From Nitrospinota bacterium (GTDB lineage Bacteria; Nitrospinota; Nitrospinia; Nitrospinales; VA-1), in the NCBI GenBank assembly GCA_038108555.1, contig JAYNIA010000002.1, positions 169,796 through 200,596 of the forward strand: a stretch of 30,801 nucleotides of DNA, in the 5' to 3' direction. The position numbers were made by a program, and so were the translations under genes. The notes under the pieces are model-generated. The model was not told the DNA's origin. It saw only the letters and a list, made by a program, of their open reading frames with translations, and searched no databases. Of the stretch, positions 9,535-17,631 are shown piece after piece; the first letter of the stretch is position 1, and the number at the start of each line of letters is the position of its first letter.

Positions 9535-10563
9535 CTACCCGTCATCGGGGCCATTTTCAATTTCTCTTAATCGAGACTCCAGTTCTTTTACTTTCCTGGC
9601 CAAGTCGGGAAGTTTCGGCAATGTTGCCATATATCTTTTCCATGTTCCAGTGGGAACCGCCGGCCACCCGCTAACAACCGCCTTGTCTTCCAGATCGCGA
9701 AAAGTTCCGGATTTGGCCGTCACCGTCACCTGGTTTCCCAAATTTACATGGTCTGCCAGACCAACCTGTCCGGCCAAAATTACATGATGACCCAGCTTAC
9801 AACTCCCGGCAAGCCCCACTTGCGCCACCAGGACGGAATGATCCCCCACGGTACAGTTATGGGCCACCTGCACGAGATTATCGATTTTCGTGCCAGTCTT
9901 TATAAGGGTAGTGTCCATGGCTGCCCGGTCTATACAACTATTGGCACCAATTTCCACATGGTCTTCAATCACCACCCGGCCAAACTGGTTTATTTTATAA
10001 TGACATCCCCTTTCATCCAATGTATAGCCAAACCCATCCGCACCTATTACAGCCCCTGCGTGAATAATGACATGGTTTCCTATTATTGAATTCCGATAAA
10101 TACTGACATTCGGATGCAGAGTGCAATTGTCACCAATCTTGCAATTATTATCGATAACTACATTTGGATACAAAACCACATTATTACCGATTGAAACATC
10201 ATCCCCAATGCACACTCCCGGCGAAAGCGTAACCCTTTCCCCAAAAACAGTATTCTTTCCTACCACGGCATTCGGGTGTATTCCCGGTTCCGGTCTAGGC
10301 TCGGGGTGAAGCTCCCTCACCAAACGTGCAAAGGCAAGTTCAGGGTTGGCAACAACGATCTGTGGAATGGGAATATCGACAGGGGTCTTGACAAAAACTG
10401 CCGATGCCTTAGTCTTTTTTAAAGCATCAAGGAGTTTGTTCGTCATAAAAAAGGTGACATCCCCTTCTTGAGCATCCTGTATTCCGCGCACTCCATTAAT
10501 TTCTATTGACCCCTCACCTTCCAAGGTCCCTGAAACTAATGAGGCCACCTGTTCCAGCTTCAT
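9535..10563 (-). CDS. lpxD: UDP-3-O-(3-hydroxyacyl)glucosamine N-acyltransferase
   Basis: Hexapeptide repeats, GAVIGADGFGY, EIGANSCIDR, GTKIDNLVQVAHN. Start placed at ATG 10563 (MKLEQV) behind a purine-rich SD rather than at 10614. Confidence 0.97.
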   Translation of the reverse strand: MKLEQVASLVSGTLEGEGSIEINGVRGIQDAQEGDVTFFMTNKLLDALKKTKASAVFVKTPVDIPIPQIVVANPELAFARLVRELHPEPRPEPGIHPNAVVGKNTVFGERVTLSPGVCIGDDVSIGNNVVLYPNVVIDNNCKIGDNCTLHPNVSIYRNSIIGNHVIIHAGAVIGADGFGYTLDERGCHYKINQFGRVVIEDHVEIGANSCIDRAAMDTTLIKTGTKIDNLVQVAHNCTVGDHSVLVAQVGLAGSCKLGHHVILAGQVGLADHVNLGNQVTVTAKSGTFRDLEDKAVVSGWPAVPTGTWKRYMATLPKLPDLARKVKELESRLREIENGPDDG

Positions 10564-10610
10564 GCTTCCCCCTTCCAGGTTTTCAAAACAGTTAAAAACA
10601 TTTTTTAATA

Positions 10611-11330
10611 TCAAATCATCAGGCTTTGCTTGATGGGATTGACTTTTCCATCCACCAGTTCCAGAACTCGATCCAACTGGCCTGCGACCCTTTGACTATG
10701 TGTTACAAGAACGAAAGTCTGATTGAATTCCTTATTGAGCCTGCGAATCAACTCAATCAATTGGTCACTTGCATGGGTATCCAGGTTTCCGGTGGGTTCA
10801 TCCGCCAGTAATAAATCCGGCTGATTCATCAACCCTCTTGCCAGAGCAACCCGTTGACTTTCCCCCCCCGACAACTCTCCGGGTTTATGATTCATTCTGT
10901 CCTTCATTCCCACTTCACATAAAAGATATTCCCCTCTTTCTTTTGCGACCGATTTTTTTTGATTTTGTATCAACGCGGGAAACATGACATTTTCCAGGGC
11001 ATTAAAATCCGGCAATAAATTAAAAAACTGGAAAACAAATCCGATATGAATATTTCGGAATTTATCTAGAAACAAATTTCCTTTTTTAAAAATATTCTCT
11101 CCTTTAAACAAGACCTCCCCCTTTTCAGGCTTATCCAATCCTCCAAGAACATGCAGCAATGTGCTTTTCCCCACACCGGATGCTCCAACAATCCCCAAAA
11201 CTTCACCTGCATAAACTTTCAGATGGGTATCATTTAGGACATGGATTGTTTCGCGTTTGGTCTTGTAACTTTTATCAACACCAATCGTCTCGACAAGACT
11301 TTTTTGATTTGTTTTATCGCTATCATTCAT
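10611..11330 (-). CDS. lolD: Lipoprotein-releasing system ATP-binding protein
   Basis: GASGVGKSTLLH, IGFVFQFFNLLPDF, LSGGESQRVALAR, LADEPTGNLD. Follows lolE with an ATGAATGA start/stop overlap, so start placed at 11330. Confidence 0.93.
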   Translation of the reverse strand: MNDSDKTNQKSLVETIGVDKSYKTKRETIHVLNDTHLKVYAGEVLGIVGASGVGKSTLLHVLGGLDKPEKGEVLFKGENIFKKGNLFLDKFRNIHIGFVFQFFNLLPDFNALENVMFPALIQNQKKSVAKERGEYLLCEVGMKDRMNHKPGELSGGESQRVALARGLMNQPDLLLADEPTGNLDTHASDQLIELIRRLNKEFNQTFVLVTHSQRVAGQLDRVLELVDGKVNPIKQSLMI

Positions 11331-12591
11331 AACGCAGCCCATCAACAGGGTCCATCCGAGAGGCCCTCCATGCAGGATACAAAGAAGCCAGGAAACATAT
11401 TGCGATGGAAAACACTACAATTAAAAATGAATCAAAATATTGAATTTCAGATGGAAGCTTGTCGAGATAATAAACATCGCTTGGGAAAGCCGTAATTCCA
11501 AACAGGGTTTCAATAAAACCGACAATTTCGTTCAGATTGGGAACCACCGTGAAGCCCCCAACACACCCCAACACAGTTCCTGTCACCCCGATAATTAATC
11601 CCTGGAAACTAAAAATCTTCATGATACTGGAGCGGGAAGCCCCCATCGACTTCAGGATAGCTATTTCCTTGGTTTTTTCCATAACCACCATAAACAGGGT
11701 ACTGACTATATTAAAAGCTGCTACAAGAATGATTAATATAAGAATGATAAACATGACAATTTTTTCAAGACGAAGGGCAGAAAAAAGGTTCTTGTTCATT
11801 CTCATCCAATCCCTGACGTAATAGGGAAAACCAAGATCCTCCTGCAAAACTTGTGCAATTTTGTCAGCGTTATCTATATCATCTACGCGAATTTCAATTC
11901 CACTGACTTGCTTCTTCATCGAAAAAAATTTTTGCGCAGATTGAATAGAAATAAAAGACAGGCTGGAATCATATTCATACATTCCAGATTCAAACATGCC
12001 CACCACTTTAAACAGCTTTATTTTTGGAACCAGTCCCATAGGGGTCAAACGGGAGGCGGGGGAGACCATTGATACCACATCATCCATCTGAACTCCCAGC
12101 TTGTGTGCCAGTTCCTTTCCCAAAATAATATTGTCGCGACGGGAACGGGAGTTAGAACTCTTACCTCGGCCCAGCATTCCAATTTCACCCCGGATCATAT
12201 TTTTCCCCAGGTCCGAAACCATGGCTTCACGGCTGGGATCGACCCCCCTCACCACGACTCCTGTTGAATTGCCACCGAATGAAAGCATCACCTGATTTAA
12301 TATAAAGGGAGCAGCAGCGGTGACCCCTTCGGCCTTCATTACTTTTTTCAGGACAGACTCTGAATTTTCCATTCCTGCCCGGGCAATATTAGTCACAACA
12401 ATATGGCTGTTGGTGCCGAGTATCTTATCCCGCAGATCTTTTCCAAAACCGGACATCACAGCAATGACAACGATTAATGCCATTACCCCAAGCGCCACAC
12501 CGCCAATTGAAATCCAGGTATTCAGTGAAATAAACTTTTGAGCACGCTTGGCTTTGAGATGACGCAGGCTGACAAAAAGTTCAAAGGACAT
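11323..12591 (-). CDS. lolE: Lipoprotein-releasing ABC transporter permease LolC/E (single permease, LolF-type arrangement)
   Basis: ISIGGVALGVMALIVVIAVMSGF, VAAFNIVSTLFMVVMEK..EIAILKSMGA, YPAWRAS.MDPV..LRYE. Confidence 0.93.
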   Translation of the reverse strand: MSFELFVSLRHLKAKRAQKFISLNTWISIGGVALGVMALIVVIAVMSGFGKDLRDKILGTNSHIVVTNIARAGMENSESVLKKVMKAEGVTAAAPFILNQVMLSFGGNSTGVVVRGVDPSREAMVSDLGKNMIRGEIGMLGRGKSSNSRSRRDNIILGKELAHKLGVQMDDVVSMVSPASRLTPMGLVPKIKLFKVVGMFESGMYEYDSSLSFISIQSAQKFFSMKKQVSGIEIRVDDIDNADKIAQVLQEDLGFPYYVRDWMRMNKNLFSALRLEKIVMFIILILIILVAAFNIVSTLFMVVMEKTKEIAILKSMGASRSSIMKIFSFQGLIIGVTGTVLGCVGGFTVVPNLNEIVGFIETLFGITAFPSDVYYLDKLPSEIQYFDSFLIVVFSIAICFLASLYPAWRASRMDPVDGLRYE

Positions 12592-12603
12592 ATTAGGGGT
12601 GAA

Positions 12604-14127
12604 TCAAGGACTTATCCCTGACTCCTTTTTCAATTGTGGGAAAAGGATCACATCTCGAATGGAAGGGCTATCGGTCAACAACATGACCAACCGGTCAATA
12701 CCAATTCCTTCACCTGCCGTGGGTGGCATCCCGTATTCGAGGGCCCGGATAAAATCATTATCCATCCAATGAGCTTCATCATCACCCGCCTGACGTTCCG
12801 CCACTTGACCTTCAAACCGGCTTTTCTGATCAATGGGGTCATTCAATTCCGTATAGGCATTGGCAATTTCCTTGCGGCCAATGAAAAGCTCAAACCGCTC
12901 TACCAAATTGGGGTCATCTTCCTTTTTCTTGGAAAGAGGAGAAAGAGCCAAAGGATAGTCGGTTATAAAAGTGGGTTGCGACATTTTCGGTTCCACAAAA
13001 TGGTCAAACAGTTTTGCCAGGATTTTTTCATGACTGTCTTTTTTCTCCAGTGCCACTTTATTTTCCAATGCAAACGCAGCTGCCTTTTGCGGATCATCCA
13101 AATGTTCTTCGGCAATTCCTCCGATGTCAATTAAAGATTGTCGAAACGTGCAACGCCGAAACGGCTGGGAAAAATCAATGGTCTCTGTTTCCGATTGACC
13201 GTCCACAATACTGGTGTATGGGAATTTGTAATTGTTTTCTGGAAAAACCTTCTCACAAATAAAGCGAAACAGGTCTTCCGTCAGGTCCATGAGGTCGTTG
13301 TAATCCGCATAGGCGGTGTAAAACTCCACCATGGTAAATTCGGGATTGTGTTCGGTAGAAATTCCCTCGTTTCGAAAATTCCGGTTGATTTCGTAAACCC
13401 TTTCAATTCCACCCACAACCAACCGCTTGAGGTAAAGCTCAGGAGCCACCCGAAGGTAAAGCTCCATATCCAGGGCATTGTGATGGGTTTTGAAAGGACG
13501 CGCCGTTGCCCCCCCGGGAATCGACTGCATCATCGGGGTTTCAACTTCGAGGTAATTCCGCTCATTCAAATATTCACGGAGCGCTGAAATAATCTTGCTA
13601 CGTAAAACGAAAACTTTTTTAACATCGGGATTAACAATCAAATCGACATAACGTTGCCGGTAGCGAAGCTCTACATCCTTTAACCCGTGCCATTTCTCAG
13701 GAAGAGGCAGCAAAGATTTCGACAGCAAAGTGGCCTTTTTCGCAAACAGGGTCAGCTCACCGGTTTTTGTTTTAGAGACTTTTCCTTCAACCCCAATAAT
13801 ATCCCCAATATCAAACTTACCGAATAGTTCATAAGCTTCATCCCCCAAGGCCCCTTTATTTACAAAAACCTGAATTTGTCCGGTGGAATCCTGGATATTT
13901 ACAAATGTGGTTTTTCCATGTTTGCGCCGGGTCATAATTCGACCTGCAGCTATACAGGTGTGGGCCTTTTCTTCCAATTCTTCCTTGGTCCCTGAGGAAA
14001 AATTTTCCACCAGGGTTTGAATGACCGTATCCACTTTAAACCGGTTGATGTAGGGGGCGATTCCCTTTTCTCTCAGGTCCTCAAGTTTTTCATGTCTGAG
14101 CTTGATAAGATGTCCTAATTCTTCCAT
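12604..14127 (-). CDS. lysS: Lysine--tRNA ligase (class II)
   Basis: [63 protein letters not shown]. Confidence 0.99.
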   Translation of the reverse strand: MEELGHLIKLRHEKLEDLREKGIAPYINRFKVDTVIQTLVENFSSGTKEELEEKAHTCIAAGRIMTRRKHGKTTFVNIQDSTGQIQVFVNKGALGDEAYELFGKFDIGDIIGVEGKVSKTKTGELTLFAKKATLLSKSLLPLPEKWHGLKDVELRYRQRYVDLIVNPDVKKVFVLRSKIISALREYLNERNYLEVETPMMQSIPGGATARPFKTHHNALDMELYLRVAPELYLKRLVVGGIERVYEINRNFRNEGISTEHNPEFTMVEFYTAYADYNDLMDLTEDLFRFICEKVFPENNYKFPYTSIVDGQSETETIDFSQPFRRCTFRQSLIDIGGIAEEHLDDPQKAAAFALENKVALEKKDSHEKILAKLFDHFVEPKMSQPTFITDYPLALSPLSKKKEDDPNLVERFELFIGRKEIANAYTELNDPIDQKSRFEGQVAERQAGDDEAHWMDNDFIRALEYGMPPTAGEGIGIDRLVMLLTDSPSIRDVILFPQLKKESGISP

Positions 14128-14207
14128 GAGTGATTTAATTTTCTATCGAATGGTATTTGGGAAATGGATTATATTTTTTCCTGCGGATATTTTTGACCGG
14201 GAATCTA

Positions 14208-15794
14208 TTATCGGGCGAATTCCGTAAATCGGGATTCACGAACCACAGTGACTTTTATTTCACCGGGATACGTAACCTCTTTTTCAATTCGCTTTGCTAC
14301 ATCGCGTGCGAGAATATTTGCACTTTCATCATTGGTTCCACTGGGCGTAACAATAATTCGAACTTCTCGCCCTGACTGTATTGCAAAGGTTTTTTGCACC
14401 CCTTTAAACGAATCCCCAATTTCTTCAAGTTGGGTCATGCGCTTGACGTAGGTTTCAAGCATTTCGCGCCGCGCACCCGGTCTTGAGGCCGAGATTGTAT
14501 CCCCGGCAGCAACGAGAACGGCATAGGGTGATTCAGCCTCACAATCTTCATGATGAGCTGCGATAGAATTTATTACAAAAGGATGCTCGCCATATCGTTT
14601 GGCAATATCAACCCCCAGGGAAGTATGGGTGCCATCGGTTTGATGGTCAATGGCTTTACCAATATCGTGCAGCAACCCTGAACGCTTCGCCATGCTTTCG
14701 TTTAACCCGAGCTCAACCGCAATGGCTCCACAAACAAAGGCCACCTCTTGCACATGCTCCAAAACATTTTGAGTATAACTCGTGCGGTATTTTAATCTAC
14801 CCAGAAGCTTGACCATTTCAGGGTGAACATTGTCAATCCCAACATTTATGATTGCCTGCTCACCTGCCTTCTGAATCTCCTGAGTCACTTCCTTTTTGCA
14901 TTTTTCGACAACATCTTCGATTCGTCCCGGGTGAATACGACCATCCAGTGTCAAATACTCAAGGGCTCTTCGAGCAACTTCCCTGCGAATCGGATCAAAC
15001 CCTGACAACACAACCGCTCCCGGTGTATCATCAATGATCAAGTCAATCCCCGTGGCTTGTTCAAGAGCACGAATGTTTCTTCCTTCACGGCCAATAATCC
15101 GGCCCTTGATATCATCACTCGGCAATTCAACTACAGCTACGGTTGTTTCTGCAACATGGTCTGAGGCCAGTCGCTGCACCGCCATGGTAATGAGCTTTCG
15201 GGCCTCTTCGTCTGCTTGCGCTTTCACCTTTTCCTCAATTTTCTTAACTTCGCGAGCAGCGTCCATCTTGGCTTCGTCAATGATTTTGTTCTTTACCTCT
15301 TCACGGGCTTTTTCGGCTGTATAAGAACCAATCACCTCCAAGTTTCGCAGTTCCTCTTCAACCAGCCTTTGATATTCATCTTTCTTCTGTTCAACTTCTT
15401 TTTCCTTTTCACCCAGTTTGGAATATTTGTCTTTGATATCCTGTTCACGGGCCTGAAATTTTCCAATTTCGGTTCTTAGTTCGCGATCCTTTTGCTCGAG
15501 TTCTTTTTCCAACTCGCGAAGACTATCGCGCTTGCCCTTCATTTCTTTTTCTAATTCGCCTTTAACTACCAGGGATTTTTCTTTTGCTTCAATCTCTGCC
15601 GATTTCAACCGGTTTTCGACCTCTTTTTCCGCTTCCTCAATTATCTTTTGACGGCGAGCTTCGGCATCTTTAATTTGATATTCGGTAAATAATTTACGCA
15701 AGAAATACCCAATCACATAACCGATCACCAAAGCGAGACCCATACCTATGATTAAGGTAATAAAATTAAATTTTATGGTAGTAAAAATATGCAT
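14208..15794 (-). CDS. rny: Ribonuclease Y
   Basis: N-terminal TM helix, coiled coil, KH domain KGRIIGREGRNIR, HD domain GLLHDIGKA, ISASRPGARRE. SD GAGGTG. Confidence 0.98.
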   Translation of the reverse strand: MHIFTTIKFNFITLIIGMGLALVIGYVIGYFLRKLFTEYQIKDAEARRQKIIEEAEKEVENRLKSAEIEAKEKSLVVKGELEKEMKGKRDSLRELEKELEQKDRELRTEIGKFQAREQDIKDKYSKLGEKEKEVEQKKDEYQRLVEEELRNLEVIGSYTAEKAREEVKNKIIDEAKMDAAREVKKIEEKVKAQADEEARKLITMAVQRLASDHVAETTVAVVELPSDDIKGRIIGREGRNIRALEQATGIDLIIDDTPGAVVLSGFDPIRREVARRALEYLTLDGRIHPGRIEDVVEKCKKEVTQEIQKAGEQAIINVGIDNVHPEMVKLLGRLKYRTSYTQNVLEHVQEVAFVCGAIAVELGLNESMAKRSGLLHDIGKAIDHQTDGTHTSLGVDIAKRYGEHPFVINSIAAHHEDCEAESPYAVLVAAGDTISASRPGARREMLETYVKRMTQLEEIGDSFKGVQKTFAIQSGREVRIIVTPSGTNDESANILARDVAKRIEKEVTYPGEIKVTVVRESRFTEFAR

Positions 15795-15843
15795 TTAAGC
15801 ACCTCATTTATTAAAAATAAAACAACGAAGGTTTCTGAAAACC

Positions 15844-16434
15844 TCAGCTGTTTAAAATGTCATTTTCAGTTACAACTTTTTGCACTTTTTGATCCCACGG
15901 ATCCTGTTGCAGGGAACCAAAAATTTGAAAACCATAAGCAATTCCTATGCGCAAAGAGCTGTCTGGTAACTCCTCAAATAATTTATCGTAATAACCGCCA
16001 CCGAAACCAATCCGTCCACCGGTAGAATCAAATGCCAACCCCGGGGTAACCACAGCGTCTATTTTTTCCAGAGAAACAATTTGGACCTGGGGACCGGAAG
16101 GCTCTCTGATTCCAAAATTGTTGATCTTTAAACCCGTTTCCAGAGATTCAATTTCACAAATTTCCAGTCGCCTGGTTCCTTTATCAATTCGTGGAACCCA
16201 AACCTTCTTTTGCAGCGCTAAAGAGCGCTCAATCATGTCATCCGTGGCAACTTCATTTCCAAAAGAGAGATAAAATAGAATGCGTTGGCATCTCAAAAAA
16301 TCTTTGCACTCAAACAGGTTCTCTTCTATTTTTTGGCTTAGTTCAGCCACTTCTATCGCAGAAAGCTCATTTCTGCGCCGGATCATCATTTTCCGGACGG
16401 CCGCCTTATCCAGTTTTGGAGCAGTGCAAGCCAT
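15844..16434 (-). CDS. ygfA: 5-formyltetrahydrofolate cyclo-ligase (YgfA/Fau family)
   Basis: FGIREP, VTPGLAFD..GGRIGFGGGYYDK, GIAYGFQ. Canonical position between 6S RNA and rny. Confidence 0.95.
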   Translation of the reverse strand: MACTAPKLDKAAVRKMMIRRRNELSAIEVAELSQKIEENLFECKDFLRCQRILFYLSFGNEVATDDMIERSLALQKKVWVPRIDKGTRRLEICEIESLETGLKINNFGIREPSGPQVQIVSLEKIDAVVTPGLAFDSTGGRIGFGGGYYDKLFEELPDSSLRIGIAYGFQIFGSLQQDPWDQKVQKVVTENDILNS

Positions 16435-16485
16435 AAACCCAACAAAACCTTAATTAATGTAATGAAACCGCCCGTTTAACCGGGT

Positions 16486-16730
16486 GAAGTTAAGAAGCTG
16501 GTGCCGTGATTGACGGTATCAGGGAGTCAGCCCGATCGCATCAGGCCTGAGGGGAGAGACACAATAAGGCAAACCGCCCCAAGGTCATTTTGAATAGATA
16601 TATCAAAAAACGAAACATGGGTTCCGTTCATAATATTCGCTCCGCAAACAGGTCCGGAATTCTAAAACCAATGAATTCTGGAATATATAATCAGGCTCAC
16701 CTGGGCTTTTGCCCCTGAAGCTCTTAACTC
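16486..16730. other. Unidentified structured non-coding element (candidate ncRNA or cis-regulatory RNA)
   Basis: Ends are complementary (GAAGTTAAGAAGCT 16486-16499 / AGCTCTTAACTC 16719-16730) and enclose at least five local hairpins. I recognise no known family. Confidence 0.4.
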
Positions 16731-16740
16731 AATTAAAAAA

Positions 16741-16925
16741 GCCTCCCCGTTCATGCCGTGCAAAAACAATTTTTTGAACCTGTCAAGGACAGGTGGGGTA
16801 TCCGTGAACTGCTTTAGGCTTCCGACCTGTTAAGGAAGGCATGCACACCGCAGCCGATTCATCAACCCCTGTTACGAACTGTTGGCTCAAGAAATGAAAT
16901 TTTTACTCGAACACAACAGGGAGAC
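16741..16925 (-). ncRNA. ssrS: 6S RNA
   Basis: 185 nt between zapA and ygfA, the conserved 6S locus. On the minus strand, 5' GUCUCCCUGUUGUGUUCG pairs with 3' CGGCAUGAACGGGGAGGC. Internal UUGAGCC/GGUUCAA stem flanks a central bubble, with CGGUGUGCAUGCC and CCCACC motifs. Followed by a U tract. Confidence 0.92.
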
Positions 16926-16946
16926 AACAAATTCAAATTTCAACAC

Positions 16947-16975
16947 ATCCTAACATAACTGCAAAACACCCTCAA
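16947..16975 (-). promoter_or_regulatory. Putative sigma70 promoter for 6S RNA
   Basis: Minus strand TTGAGG-17 nt-TAGGAT with an extended -10 TG, about 20 nt upstream of the 6S terminal stem. Confidence 0.55.
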
Positions 16976-16999
16976 GCGGTATATAAGACGAATAGTTTT

Positions 17000-17284
17000 T
17001 TATTTTTCAATACCTTGGAGCTCTTTTTCCAAAGCGGCGACAAGCTGTCCCACTTTCTCTTCCCGGGCTTCTCCTTCAGCCAGGGTCTTCTTTTGCAACT
17101 CCAGCAGTTCCTGAGCAATATTAAGAGCCGCAAGTACCGCAAGGTCCATGGAAGGTGTTTTTTTTCGCGCCTCGGACAATTCGCGCATCTTTGCATCAAC
17201 ATAGGCTGCCGCATCTTCAACGCTGATCTCACCCGAGGAACTTTTCAGGTTATAGGTTTTTCCATAGATATCTATTTTTGCCAT
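17000..17284 (-). CDS. zapA: Cell division protein ZapA
   Basis: IDIYGKTYNL, AAYVDAKMREL, LAVLAALNIA.EL. Located upstream of 6S. Confidence 0.95.
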   Translation of the reverse strand: MAKIDIYGKTYNLKSSSGEISVEDAAAYVDAKMRELSEARKKTPSMDLAVLAALNIAQELLELQKKTLAEGEAREEKVGQLVAALEKELQGIEK

Positions 17285-17291
17285 GGTCTCA

Positions 17292-17570
17292 TCAGGTCAA
17301 ATCAAATCTATCAAGCTTTTCCAGTAACTGGACCACCTTTTCACGGATCTTTTCCCGGTCCGCCTGGTCCTTTCGGGTTTCACTTTCCAATTCAGCCAAA
17401 CGTTCCAGTTTTTCCTTAACAAACTCCTTTTCTTTCAAAAGGGACTCACTTTCACGTTTTAAACCCTCCACCTGCCCGGCCAAACTTTCGTTCTGCTCTT
17501 TTAGACGGCGATAGGCCTCTAATAAAGTCGAAACACCTGCTTCTAACTTTTCCATATCGGGCTTGGACAT
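17292..17570 (-). CDS. zapB: Cell division protein ZapB-like coiled-coil protein
   Basis: MEKLEAGVSTLLEAYRRLKEQNESL...IREKVVQLLEKL, all coiled coil, directly upstream of zapA. ATG 17570 preferred over TTG 17591. Confidence 0.8.
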   Translation of the reverse strand: MSKPDMEKLEAGVSTLLEAYRRLKEQNESLAGQVEGLKRESESLLKEKEFVKEKLERLAELESETRKDQADREKIREKVVQLLEKLDRFDLT

Positions 17571-17576
17571 GGTAGA

Positions 17577-17605
17577 ATCGTAGCACCCCAAATTTAGGGT
17601 GTCAA
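17577..17605 (-). promoter_or_regulatory. Sigma70 promoter for zapB-zapA with a palindromic spacer
   Basis: Minus strand TTGACA-17 nt-TACGAT with extended -10 TG, 6 nt before ATG 17570. Near-perfect 18-bp palindrome at 17584-17601. Confidence 0.7.
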
Positions 17606-17631
17606 TTGATTCAGGGCTTCATTAAAAGCAA

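Noticed and set aside
12634..13587. Long + strand ORFs (166 and 149 aa) antisense to lysS
   Set aside because: Shadow frames of a conserved gene, with no recognisable motifs or SD.
16649..16659. CAGGTCCGGAA resembling SRP RNA helix 8
   Set aside because: The required downstream GGAAGCAGC is absent.
16691..16720. Minus-strand GGGGCAAAAGCCCAGG resembling the 3' end of ykkC-type riboswitches
   Set aside because: The upstream CUAGGGUUCCG and ACACGG core is missing, and the sequence immediately 5' is 6S RNA.
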